In this document: positions 1 to 12,200 of the stretch, piece by piece
Position numbering within the stretch: the first letter of the stretch is position 1
Layout of the letters: each line of letters begins with the position of its first letter
Source of the DNA: Marsupella aquatica
Taxonomy: Eukaryota > Plantae > Marchantiophyta
Direction of reading: 5' to 3'
DNA length: 64,000 nucleotides
NCBI GenBank assembly: GCA_973895155.1
Contig: OZ316895.1
Coordinates: 3,707,659 to 3,771,658, forward strand
Position numbers and translations under genes: made by a program
The notes under the pieces: generated by a model
Databases searched by the model: none
Seen by the model: only the letters and a program-made list of their open reading frames with translations
Told to the model about the DNA's origin: nothing

Positions 1-1402
1 CAAGTTGCCTCCTGGGACAACACCAAGAATGCCACAAATGTTTTGGTATTGCGTCACCCGATCTGCGGCTTCATTTGCATTTGGGGAACTTGGGCCGCAC
101 TCAACTGCACCGTTGATGACGTCTATTGTCACCCCGAATCCTGGAGGGCTTCTGCCAGCTGAAATGTCTGCCGATGAAGGGCTCCAACTTCCGTCCATCA
201 CTTCCTCACAAGATGGTTTCGGTGCTTGTACTGTGGTCCAAAACCATAGTGCTGACTTCCACGAAATCACAGGATCTGAGGCCACCAGACCTGGATTGCT
301 CAGAAGGTCCTGTCCTATTGAAGCCCCAAACGGTCCATAGTTGTAGTTCCTGCAATTCATATCCAATTCTCTGTTCAGCCTCAAAACATAGACACAATCA
401 TAGCTCGAGTTGCTCGAGTGACTCACTAACTACTCACAATGGCAGCAGCAAAACATAGACACAATCATAGCTCGATTTGCTCGAGTGACTTACTAACTAC
501 TCACAATGGCAGCATCAAAACATAGACACAATCGTAGCTCGAGTTGCTCGAGTGACTTACTAACTACTCACAATGGCACGCAAACGGGCAGTGAGCGATT
601 GAGGCTTAGAGCGAAATCTGTACCAGCTGATTTGCAATGGTCCGCGACCGTAATAGTCCTGGCCGGAAACGCAGGGATACTGCACGTTCATTGAGTCGCA
701 GTATGGGGCTTGTTGGACTTCCTCAATGTAGACCAATCCTGCAATGTCATTCAATTCAGGGAACGTCCGGTGCGGGTCATGTCAAAGATTTATTATGGCA
801 TCTGTACATTGTATTGGAGGTCAATCTGCTCCTGTCTAATCTCCTCGTCCACCACTGGCATTCCTAGGTAAGGATGTCGCTGTTCACTTCGACGAAGGTG
901 CATGATCTAGATTACACATGTGAAGCGGCAAGGCACAACAAGTTATGAAATACATTGAGGATTGAGTTTGGGATTTACCACTTGTCTCGTGGGTGACATG
1001 AGCAAAGAAGGCTGCGATGTCTTGTAGCTGTTGCGTGGAGCTGCCGGTGGTTCCAAAGGAACTATAACTGCCTACTGCTGAGATGAAGGAGTCGTACGTA
1101 TAAAAAGAGTTGCGGTTCGGAAAGATGGAATCGTAAACACTGGATGTAACGATGCTGCCCACGCCAGCAGAGGTTGGAGAGGACGGACACTGGGACACAC
1201 AATTTCCTCCACAGTAATCACTTGTGGTTCCACAGTACCCATATTTGCTGCAGCAGGACCCACTCAAGCACGGACCGCTTGTCCCGCAGTTGGGCTGCGC
1301 AAAAGTCAGGTCGACCAGGAGGGGCGACATTGTTAGGAGCAGACTAGTCAGCTGAAGCCATGTTCGGCGACCTTGAAAGGTGGCAGCCATTCTAAACCCC
1401 AT
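1..1402 (-). CDS. GH19 chitinase with N-terminal hevein (CBM18) domain; 3 exons, 3' end runs off the window
   Basis: Exon 1 (~1402 or 1390 to 979): signal peptide, CGTSGPCLSGSCCSKYGYCGTTSDYCGGNCVSQC, then IAAFFAHVTHETSG. Exon 2 (738-624): GLVYIEE...YYGRGPLQISW. Exon 3 (349 to <1): NYNYGPFG...SALWFWTT...INGAVECG. GT-AG introns keep the frame. Confidence 0.95.
382..578. repeat. Tandem repeat, 67-bp unit x ~3, inside chitinase intron 2
   Basis: caaaacatagacacaatcatagctcgagttgctcgagtgact...actcacaatggca starts at 382, 449 and 516. Confidence 0.9.
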
Positions 1403-3702
1403 CTCGATCAAAATGGTTGCGTCAATTCTGCCAGACCAAGTTGAAGAGCATTTGCAACTCTAGCCCTCGTTTGCCAACTAACTGAGTGAGTCTGGAGACA
1501 ACAAACATTCAGCGCAAAACAAAATTAACTGCCTCACAATTTGAGTCGCAAGCTCTAGAAATTCCTGCGAATTTCAGAACGTTCGATAAGAACATATCCA
1601 AGGAGGGTATTAATTACTGAGTATCGAAAGGTGACATCCCTGCCACTCTGCTCGCGAGAGGCGAGCCTATCGAAAGGTGAGATCCTACTATTCTCGCAAG
1701 GGACGAGCCTAACGACTGAACCTGAGCGTCCAGTTCAGCTTCGATATAGAAAAAGACGTGAGCCCTGTGAGATGAGACTATGCTCGCCTAACCACTGGAC
1801 CTAGTGACCAGTTCCATTTCTAGAACACCACGAGAGCCCACCAGCAGCACACTTCGTAGGTATTAGAAGGAAGCTAAAGACGAGCCTTCTAAATTCTGTG
1901 GCCTCATGCAAGAGCGTAATTGTCTCTCTGCCCAGTGGCCAACTTGGATTTGTAGTACCCTGTCCCCTCACTTTCTAAATTTTCGGAGGCTGTGCTGAAC
2001 ATTTGCGCAGAACCAGGCAATCAACGACTTTCAGACGACCGACTTTGGGACGACGCAATCTTTCAACCACGACGCGCGACTTTCAAAGGTCTTGAAACTG
2101 TCGCACAGTCGACGTCATGCATCAAGCATGAATCATTCATGGTCAACTCAATCATAAATGGGTTACCTATCGCAAATTGCATTCTGATTCTCGATTTCTA
2201 GACTTGTCGTCTAGATGATGCCCGGCCCAAATGTCAGAAGCACTGAGCTGTTCTTGTTCTTTGAATTTTTATTTCACAGTGCCCAAGGGGAAAAAACGCA
2301 CATGATCACAAAGGCAACGCAACCAAATGAATTGGAATTACATTTCAAACCTTTCCAAGAGAAGAGAAAAAGTGTCAAACAACCAACTGGCTTTGGTCAG
2401 TTGGCCAGAGGATGAACCTAGAACCGAGAGGTCCCAGGTTCAGTACTCCCTCCACACATAAGGGGTGTAGAGAGTATGTGTGTGTGGGTGGGGTGTAGTG
2501 GTGGGAGTATTGATTATCTCCTCAGCCCTGGTTGCCCACTTTGGGTTCTGGTTTAATTCTCTCTCCCTCCTGGTCTGGGTCCCTGTGGGATCCCTGGGTA
2601 TTGTCTCCTTGTGGCTCGCTGCCCTACATAGAAATGCATGCTCCAAAGCAGGACGTCTGCTTTCGGTTTTCAAAGCAAAAAAAAAAAAGTGTCAAACTTG
2701 ACAGGACGTCGTCTATCCTCTGTTGGATGGGCCTGCTTTCGATTTTCAAGGTAAAAAAAGAAAAAGTAAAGTGTCAAACGTGATAGGACTGTAAACTCCC
2801 GTGTAGACTAGCTAGTGTCCTGCCGAGTGTTAGTGAAAGTCCTACGAAACTGACGACATTGCGTAGGTCCATAATAACGATGAAGAAAAAGATCAGCTGG
2901 CTAGACCACAGTGACGGGACCCGGCCCCTTCCAACCTACTATGCGATCGTTATCGGCATATACTTCACTCCTTCCTCGATCAACTGCTCCACAAGTGCCT
3001 CGTAGGATGGATCATTCAGTGCCGGTCTTCCAGTAACGCGTAATGGTGATCGCTACCTACCTATGTCAGTAACTATCAGGCACGCGCTTTCGGTTTTATA
3101 CACATTCGTACCGAGTTGGTGACGTCTAGCATCTCATAGTTGGTGATCATAATTTGGAGAATAATGTTCATCGAAACTGCTTACCGCTCGCGATCGTGCA
3201 GCACTTGAAGTTGACTTTCCTGCCTGCCGAGCCAGAAAAACATTTCTCTCAAAGGTCAAAGCAATAATTTTACTGACACCGGCCGAGATTGATTTTCTGT
3301 CTACAGTTGTGTCACGATTATATGGACACCGTCTTTGGACTCAGACTGACAATATCTACTCGGAAAAGCTAACGACTGCGCTCACAAACCGAGAAGTTAG
3401 ATGCAGACTCTTGACTGATAGAGTCTGAAAGTGGACCCCCCGGTGGACCCACTACAGTCATACAATTAATAAAAGCTATGAGCATCTTACTTATATATAT
3501 ACCTAGGCTTCTAGAGCGAAGCCCCTAGACCCTAATTAGATGGCTCATCATGTGGATGAAAAAACTAATGTCTATGTGTGTCATGTCAAATGATAATCAT
3601 GACTACTTTTTGTTATGATTTCTATGAGCTCAATACCCGTGCGTTGCACAAAAGGTGACGTGTTGGTCAAGATATCATCGAGAACAAAAGAGGTTGTGTC
3701 GG

Positions 3703-5176
3703 AGTGGTGGACCTCGCCACCCAACGCCCTCACCAATCCCAACACTCACGCCTAAGTGCCCCTGGTGCCCGAACGCCTCCACGGAATACCTCGAGCAAGT
3801 AAACTAGTGCCCCTTGCACCGCTTGCGGCCCCTCCCATACGAGGCCACACTTGCTCGATCTCTAACTTAACCGCTACTCAATGGTCCTCCCTATCTGCAG
3901 AAGGAACCAAGTACCTCGGTAAGTAACCCTTCAGGATCTAGAACTCGTCAAGTCTAGCATCCTACTCAAGCTCAACAGACGTTGGAAAATAGGTCAGCGA
4001 TAGGTCCTCCCGATGCCATAAGCCGGAACCAGAATCCACGCTCACTGTCCGTCCAGGACAACTCCTTCCTTCGGCGCAGCCCGGGTTCCCCCTTGTATCT
4101 ATCCATCACCAACTGACCGCCCTGACCTTGGGACATGCTCATGGCCCAAATAGCGTAGCTTGTCCTAACACTTGTCCCAAGCTTGTCCCAACATGTCGGG
4201 ACCAGAATGGCCCCGACTCCCGAATCCAACCCACGATTCGCACTACTGATGGTCTAGGGGCCGAACTCTCTTGGGCTCAACCTCCACACCTACTTGGCCT
4301 TGCCTCCCCAACGCAAGCTCCCTTGGGAGACTGAACACGACTTAACTGCTATTCGGCGGGATTTGGCAAGCAGGCGAGCTAACACCCGCAAACCCCGAGA
4401 ACCCAAGGTACCCCCAGACCCAGCTGAGCTCACGCCCTCCTCAAAAGCTTTCCAACGCACCCAAGAAGTCCTCCAACGGACTTCCCGTTGAGAAGATATC
4501 GTCATTTCCGTTTGGCGGTTTCCCTTAGTGTCGCAACCGCCGCGGCTCACGACTTCGGCTCACCCTTAGCCCCCAGGGAGACACCACTCCCTCATATATG
4601 CTTCTGGGGACCTGCCACCCCCGGACCAGCTTTGGTCCCTAAATATTTGGCCCCCAACCCAGATCTCATCGCGCATAATGGGCGCCCCACCAACTGGCAA
4701 CACCCATAACTTTCTTGATAGGCATCCGCAAGCGGAGTGCCTTAGCCCGTTGTGACCAGGCCGACCCAGTGCACATGCCTAGGCCGTCAGGTCTGATCGC
4801 CGCTTGGGGCTCCCGACCGGCCCAACCCGGATCGGGCCACAACTTGCGCCCCAAGCGTCCGTTGCCAATGGTGCCCACTCCATTGGCCTTGGGCCCAAGA
4901 GGAGCTCACACTCAAGCCCTCAGAACTCAAAGTCCATCCGGAGGTCCGGAGGTCCGGACGGCCATCCTTGAGCCCGGCCCATTTCCCCTTGACTCGACCG
5001 GCCATCGGTCAGTCCAAGTCCTTAGTGTGTGTCCCCAGCTTGGCTCCTTGCCTCGCTAGTGCCACGTCTCACTGCCCACCAGTCTCCCCATGCTAAGTCC
5101 TCCCCGAATGGCCTATCCGGGCCTGGACCATAAGGGAGCTCGGCGTCGGAGTCAGCGACGCCGGAGCTAAGTGTTA
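3703..5176 (-). mobile_element. GC-rich insertion, possibly a decayed LINE ORF1 region
   Basis: Abrupt GC shift splits the surrounding repeat. Stop-ridden minus-strand translation is loosely LINE ORF1-like (RGFWFRL, EGLLTEVLGSF, RKRCKGH). Weak. Confidence 0.25.
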
Positions 5177-5814
5177 GGCCTCATTCACAATTGGGTGTAC
5201 CTCGCAGGAACCACTTTCAGGACTCAAAAACATGTTTTTTTAGTGAAAAATGACTTTCGTAACATGGAAAAAGGTTCATCATGATTTTATCTCAAGACAT
5301 TTAAGTCTAATTTTTTCACAATACTAGTTTATATGGTGTAACCTACCTCACCATGTAGATACATCAAGTTTTCAACTGTTTTAAGGGATCCTATTATTGA
5401 TGGCCCTAAATAAGCCAAAATTACTGATTATTTTTGTCCTGTACATAAAGTTTTAGTGGGTGTCACTATTTAAGTTTTGAAATATAAGATTATGCTATTA
5501 GTATGCATGCTTTGGTAAAATATTATTGTCTAAAATGCATTTTTTAGAGTCCTTTTGAGTCCTGAAATGATGTGACCCGTTGCGTGACAAGTCCTTTTAT
5601 CAATCTTTGAAGGACATATAAGGAGAGCTTCAAAGTCTCAAATGCTAGATAGTTTAATGAATGTTACCAACCTATAGGATGTTTATTAAGTATAGTACAT
5701 CAAATTTTCTATATCATCTCATTACACCCTAAAAATGATATCCTAAAGCATAATAAACTATGGTCACTTTTGAGTGTGACATTCCTTTTGGGTCCTCCAA
5801 TTGTGAATGAGGCC
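5177..5814. mobile_element. Tourist/PIF-Harbinger-like MITE (638 bp)
   Basis: Perfect 18-bp TIR GGCCTCATTCACAATTGG (5177-5194) / CCAATTGTGAATGAGGCC (5797-5814). TTA lies to the left and g-TTA to the right. Internal 15-bp IR at 5215-5229 / 5553-5567. AT-rich and non-coding. Confidence 0.8.
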
Positions 5815-6779
5815 GTTAAGGTAGTCGAGTTTCGCGACTATCGGCCAAGAGGTTGTTGAGAAGAAAGATCCCGTGTCGCTTAAGATGTCGTTGAGAACGG
5901 GGTTGAGAGCAAAAGATGTCGTGTCGGCCAAGAGGTCGTAGAGAACAAAAGATGTCATGTCGCCCAAGATGTTGTTGAGAACAAAAGATGTCATGTTGAC
6001 CAAGATGTCGATGAGAACAAAAGATGTCATGTCGGCCAATAAGTCATTGAGAACAAAAGATGTCATCTCGGCCAAGAGGTTGTGGAAGAAATAGAGGTTG
6101 TGTTGCCAATGATGCCGTTATGCCAAAGATTAAATTGTTAAGTATAACAATGTTGTTAAGTACAAAATAGTTCAATACCCGTGCGTTGAACAAAAGATGT
6201 TGTGTCGCCCAAGATGTTGTTATGTGAAAGATGTCGTGAATTAAAAATATGTCGTTAAGAACAATGAAGTTATTTTGCAAAGATGTAGTTATGTGAAAGA
6301 CGTTGTCAAGAAAAAAGAAGTCATTTTGCCAAACATATTGTCAAGTAAAAAGTTGTCATCAAGTAAACATTTGCCGTCAAGTAAAAAATTGTCGTTAACA
6401 AAAAAAAGTAGTTTTGCCAAAGATGTCAAATGTTATATGAAAGATGTCATGACCAAATGATGTTGTCAAGTAAAAAGATGATGTGGTGCCAAATGGGTTC
6501 TTATGTGAAAGAGATTATGAAGTAAAAAGATGATGTGGTGCCGAATGGGTCCTTATGTGAAAGAGTAAAAAAATGTAGTCAAGTAAAAGTGTGCCCCTTG
6601 CCTAACACCTTGTCATCAATGCCCGCCATGATCTTTACCATGTCTTTGGACCTTATAACTTTTGTTTTTTCAATGTAAGTGGCACAAAAAATGAATGTAA
6701 AAAATCACCCAAAATATTGGGAGAATAATGTTTTATTTGATTAGTGTATATAATGCCCTATTGAGTGAAATACTATTTG

Positions 6780-7130
6780 AAATTAAAATCCTACCAATAT
6801 TAGATGAAACTATGCAATAAATCACTCTATTGAATATATACACCTTATTGAGTATGTGTAATATTACCTTTCATGGATAGAGGATACTCCTTGTGCATTG
6901 TGTTATTGAGTATGTACCCCTTATATCTCACTCCATTCAATATATACACCTTATTGACTACGTACAATACTCCCTCTGATGGATAGAGGATATTCTTTGT
7001 GCATTGTGTTACACCTTATTGAGTATATACATTAGTTCCTGTCTGAAGATATACATCTTATTGAGTATGTACGATACTCCCTGTCATGGATCATGGAGAG
7101 AAGACCCTCCTTGAACCTTGTGCATTTGTG
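6780..7130. repeat. Degenerate tandem repeat (acaccttattgagtat...ggatagaggatactccttgtgcattgtg)
   Basis: The motif recurs about 3-5 times with variation. Confidence 0.6.
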
Positions 7131-9295
7131 TCACGTACTCTTTTGGTTTGTTTGTTAGATATTGGTGTGATTTTTTTTCATTCACACTAAATTAAATTTC
7201 TTTTGTCTTTATTACTTCCTTGTACCAGCTTTCTTATTTTTTGTGCATATTTGAATGAAGACCACTCTAAAAATTGGCCCAACCTTGTATTATAATTTAG
7301 AATTTAAATTAAAAACTGATCTCTATGGCCCCATCATGTTGTATGTGCATAAGTGGGATAGAAAAACTGAAAATGAGATGTGCATAGAAAAGAGTACTAT
7401 GGTATATATGTTTCTTAAATTGATGATATACATGATAATTTTTTTATCATTTCATTAACCTTCAAAACATGTGAATAAGAAATATATTTTGGTGACATTT
7501 TTATTATCCTCCCCGTTATTCACGTTCAAAGAACGGGTAGTCGGGGCTATGAGCATGTTTCCATAAGCACGCATCACCCCCTAAGCCTCCAACCAGAGAA
7601 TTGTAGCCTGGAGACTACCTACCAGTATGGAAAACATGAGTGCCCTGGATGAAATGGAAAAAATGCTAACAGGACACTCTAGGAACATACCATGTTATCA
7701 TGTTTCAACACCATGCTTGTCACTGTTTGAAGCGCTTGTGACTCAAACTGGTGAAATTCTGAAGATGTTGTTGCACCACCAAAGTCTGCAGCCAAAGCAT
7801 GTTTACCTGCGAGGCTACCTACCAGTATGGAAAGCCTGAGGGCCCTACGAAATGGAAAATAGGCTAACAGAACAATCTAGGGACAATGCATGTTATCATT
7901 TGAACAGGATGCTTGTCTGTGTTTAGAACGTTACTTTCTGACTCCGAACCCATGATATTCTGAAGATTTTGTGAGCAGAAGGCGTGATAGCCCAGATCTG
8001 AAAGAAGAATGTTTATCTCATCCGACTTCGCCTAGCCCCATGCACATTCATGTGCTGTTCCTGTTTCCTACTTACGGGATTTTGCTACGACGGACGGTAC
8101 AGCTGCGTTCTGGGTCTAATAAGAGGGTTTCTGATCACGTTTTCAGATCTGAAAACGCTCTACTGCAGTCTGATCGCGTAGATAGTTTGGTGAACCCCAG
8201 ATTTGCAAATGCGACAAAACAGATATGTTTTGTGAAAATTATCCCTCTTAAGGTCGTGCACAGTACTGCGCTGGTCATGATCTTCCACTATTTTTTCCTC
8301 TCCAAACGCTTCAGCCGGTGATGATCTGACATGTTCATCAATTTCATAGACAATTGACAATCAACGCTCATTGGCAATACAGCTCTCATTGGCTGAACCT
8401 TCTTAATGCCTCCATCATTCGGCCGCATTTCCAACTCTTTGGAACTGTTTTCATATAGCTAAGTTGTGGTAAAAATTCTCATGAGTGGACGCAAAGTCTG
8501 TTCGAACGGAGAAGGAATATGGTGAATTAGCGAGCTGTTGAATAGTTACAATCTTCGATACAGTTCAATCGTGTACATTGCTTTGATCTCTTTTAATTCC
8601 TTTCCTTTCAAGTGAATCATTCGGAATTTTAGTTATTTGCTTCTCCCTTCCTCCCTCCCTCTCTCCCCTTCCCCTCATGAAAGGAACAGGCCTTGTGACA
8701 TCCCGGAATACCCACACATTCCCCATACCTGATCTTCTCCGATGGCCAGGTCCTCACAAGTCTAGTTCCACAATAGAACAGCTCCAAAATATCTGGTTTT
8801 GAATCAGACGGCCAAATTGATTCCCACCAAAAACAATTTTGTAACAGGACCACGGAGAGGCTATACAGCATAGCAGGTGTAGAACAGAATTTACACTAGT
8901 CGTCGTTCACCTCTACATTAGTTTCGATTTTCCGCCTTCTTGTGGGTCATTTGGAGCCAATTTTGTTCCCAGGAATGTAAATACGCTGGGGCATGCAATC
9001 GTTGACCCAAAACCAATCTTGTCCCATTTTTGCCAGGTTTCATCCGTTCGATGCTTTCTCAATCTTGCATTCATTAAAGTGAAAAGACGCGATGGGGTCT
9101 GAGTATCCTAGATTGTTCCGGAAATTACTTAGCTCTATGTGAACAGCAGCAAAATTCTCTCAAGCTAGTCTACAAGTGCCAACCTGTAGGCAAATAGGTG
9201 TATTGGTCGACTTAACGAATTGGATCCAACATGGATGCTTTCAGATACAGTGGGCAGATGTGGCATGCACCATTATCATGACATGTGGGCGAGAA

Positions 9296-12200
9296 CTAAT
9301 TTTTTATTGTGACGAATCCCAAAGCAGTTTCTGCTCGACTTTTGAGCTCGTCTAGCAAGTCAGTACACTCTAAATAAGGTTGAGCAGTGACCTCCGATAG
9401 ATTTTTGTTTTTCTTCCAGAGCTCCCCTTTCAGCCTGAACACGTAACCAAGACAAGGCAATCAAAATCATACCAAAGCATGTGTGTCCTTCGTACCTCGC
9501 AGAAAGTATCGACTTAACTCTGTATTACAGAAGGACCACAGAGTGAAGCTCAGACAAGTAAAAATCACATCTACCACCTTTCTTCAATGCCCTCCAAAAA
9601 CACTGGCTTAGGCGGCCAATGTTGAGCCACGGAAAGAATACGCAACCAGTCTATGACATTTTGGCATGAAGGACTTTAGTAGATGAGCTTCACCCTTCAT
9701 CACTTGAAGCTGATGATGTCCGCTTCAAATAAGCTTCCTATTAACTAATCATGTGTAGAACCTCTCAGCAAAAGGGCAGTTCCTCCAAAGCTTAAAGATG
9801 CCAAGTAGCTTACCGCCGAACAGAAGCTGTGTCCCCAAGGCCAGTTAAAACGATCAGCATTGCGTTAGATGGCAAAGCTTCATATAAGGTGTGCATTCGA
9901 TCATTCAACCGCGTGAGCAAAGCCTCGAAGTCAGCTGAAATCGGCACGTCCGCAATCTTACGATGATCATCCTCGCCCTCACCCTTCATACATGTTTTTA
10001 ACGCAGCCACTTCTGCCATATATGCTGTATATTCACTTGGATTTTGAGCCCGCCGACTAAGGTAGGCATTCAATTCGGTAAACTGAGCCCACACAAAGTT
10101 CAAATCTGATTTTTTTACCTGCAACAAAGGATAGGACACGTTACAGACTAAGCGATGGGGCCTTAACCCACCTTTTCGTAAAACTGTGATCTAGAACAGA
10201 AGATCAGTACGGCAGCATTGTACTTTATTTCAACACCAGTGGAGCCCTGAAAAATACCTCTTTTACAGTCTTTTCCAGAACATCATCATCTGAGTGACAG
10301 ACAATTGCATGACAAGATCCAGCAGCATATTGATTCAGCACTGATTTGCTATCAAGAATAGAGCATCTGCGACCATGCTTGCTGAGAATGGACAAATAGT
10401 TGTCACGATTAATAGGATTCTTTTTTCCAAGGGGGCCTGCACATGTTTGCACAAATATGACCGTTAATATGGATCGAAAAGTGAACATAACCAACAAGGA
10501 CGAGGTGTCAAACTCTTGGTCACTTTAAGGAAGGTAGGCCACAATTCTGCTGATCAATTTAAACTACTAACGACTGGGTCATAAGCCGTTTCCATTTTTT
10601 GCCTTACCGTTCTGTATTCTTAGCACTGCAAGGTCCATTGCAGCTCGAGCATCCTCGACACTATCATGACCTTCAGAACTATCTTGTATCTTCCGGTGAA
10701 GGTATCTGCTCGCAAGTGCTCGCAATGCAGGCTTGAAATGTGAGCTACTTGTTGAATATTGATATAGCAATGCCGTATCAATAACCTTCGTGTGAACCAA
10801 CTTTAGGGCTGTCAAATCACATTCAAGTGAGTGCCCTACTAGAATTGTTTCTGCGGGTATGATGTCTAATAACTTATCCTGCCACAAGTAAAGCACAATC
10901 ACGAATTTCAGAAGACGAAAGTTTTTAATGGAGCCGCTATGCACATTAGATACATTGCGTCAATTGACCCAGATTTTTGTCGCACTTCAGAGTAGTTCCT
11001 CACACATGGACAATTGTCATTGCTCAATGAATTACCTGGATCTGTTGCAAGGTGGTTGTCACGCCCTCCATCATATTGGCTGTAATCCCACTATACCTGC
11101 TCATGGAAGAAACAATGAAATTTATGCCCATACACAGAAATTAATGTCAACCCCATGAGTTGCATACCTACCAAATAGCGCTAGCCAATGAGCACAAAGT
11201 CAACAGTGGCAAGATTTGCATGTAATTTGTATTGGTGAAGTTGAAGAAATATCGAAGCAATCATGCATTCCCAAAAGAAAGTAAGGATACCAACTGGGTA
11301 CCGTGTATTGTAATTTGTGATTGGATTGGCAGGCTTGACCAGACTGTCAAGCAAAACCTGAGGTCAAAGCACTGAAAGCAAGTTGTCAAGGTAACAACAA
11401 AAGCGAAATTCTACTTACAAAGCCTCACAACATGGTTGGTGTCAAAAGTCTTCTTACCTTTCCATTTGTGTTCACCAATGAAATTCGAGTGAGCTCCAAA
11501 CCAGCTGCCGTGACGCACTGCCACATGCAAATGACAAGTCAGCCTCACTCTTATTTCAGCACTCAGAGGCAAACTATGTCATTAATCACGGCAGCCTCTC
11601 ACTCTTGCCCTGTCAAAGATCTAATCTTCTCGAGAGTATGTAGTAGAAAAGACTCACCATTTCACAATCCATAGCAACCATGTCCAGATGATTTGAGCCG
11701 AATCCAGGTCGAGTGGTGACAAACCCTGCAGCAAGGAAGAGTCTTATAATGAGCCGTCACGTATCAGATCACCTGTCCCGAATACTACCTTTCGTTGAAT
11801 AAAACCAGGAAGCAACAAAAGAGGAGAAAGGAAACTTCAAGAGACCTTGAGGAAGCTGTACGCTGCAGCCATCGCTGCTAACCTTGGCCATTGGGTAGCC
11901 ATTGTCATGCATGTCTTTTTCAGTCAGGATATAGCGGGCTGCAGGAGTCGGTCGAAGCTCAGTTGCACTGCCCGTTTGACTGGAAACTGCAACAGAAAGA
12001 AGAAAATTAGACAGCCGCATATAATGAAGACGATCACTAAAAGATTTTGGATTTGTGTTCATGCGCTGCCACACGTTTGTTTATAAACCCCAAAAATGTC
12101 ACCTGTATGATGAAAATAATGATTTCGAAGCAGGCAACTTCTAAATTCTGACGACTAACGGAAGAATTACTGAAGGCATGAAGTAGGTGATCAGTACGAT

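Larger units (their letters stand above)
3632..6590 (-). mobile_element. Interrupted non-autonomous Helitron-like repeat (aaagatgtc-type degenerate tandem units)
   Basis: cccgtgcgttg (reverse complement of the gcaacgcacggg motif typical of plant Helitron 3' hairpins) at ~3636 and ~6178. A 36-bp unit gagaacaaaagatgtcatgtcggccaag... repeats at 5905-6080. The same family occurs at 16050-16572 and 42135-44621. Confidence 0.5.

Noticed and set aside
382-578. ORFs 126..458 and 506..694 with a repeated SKHRHNxSSSCSSD peptide
   Set aside because: They are antisense translations of an intronic 67-bp tandem repeat in the chitinase gene.
5764-6075. Repetitive ORF (MTSFVL..)n and similar ORFs at 16.3, 42.3 and 44 kb
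   Set aside because: By-products of the Helitron-like low-complexity repeats.
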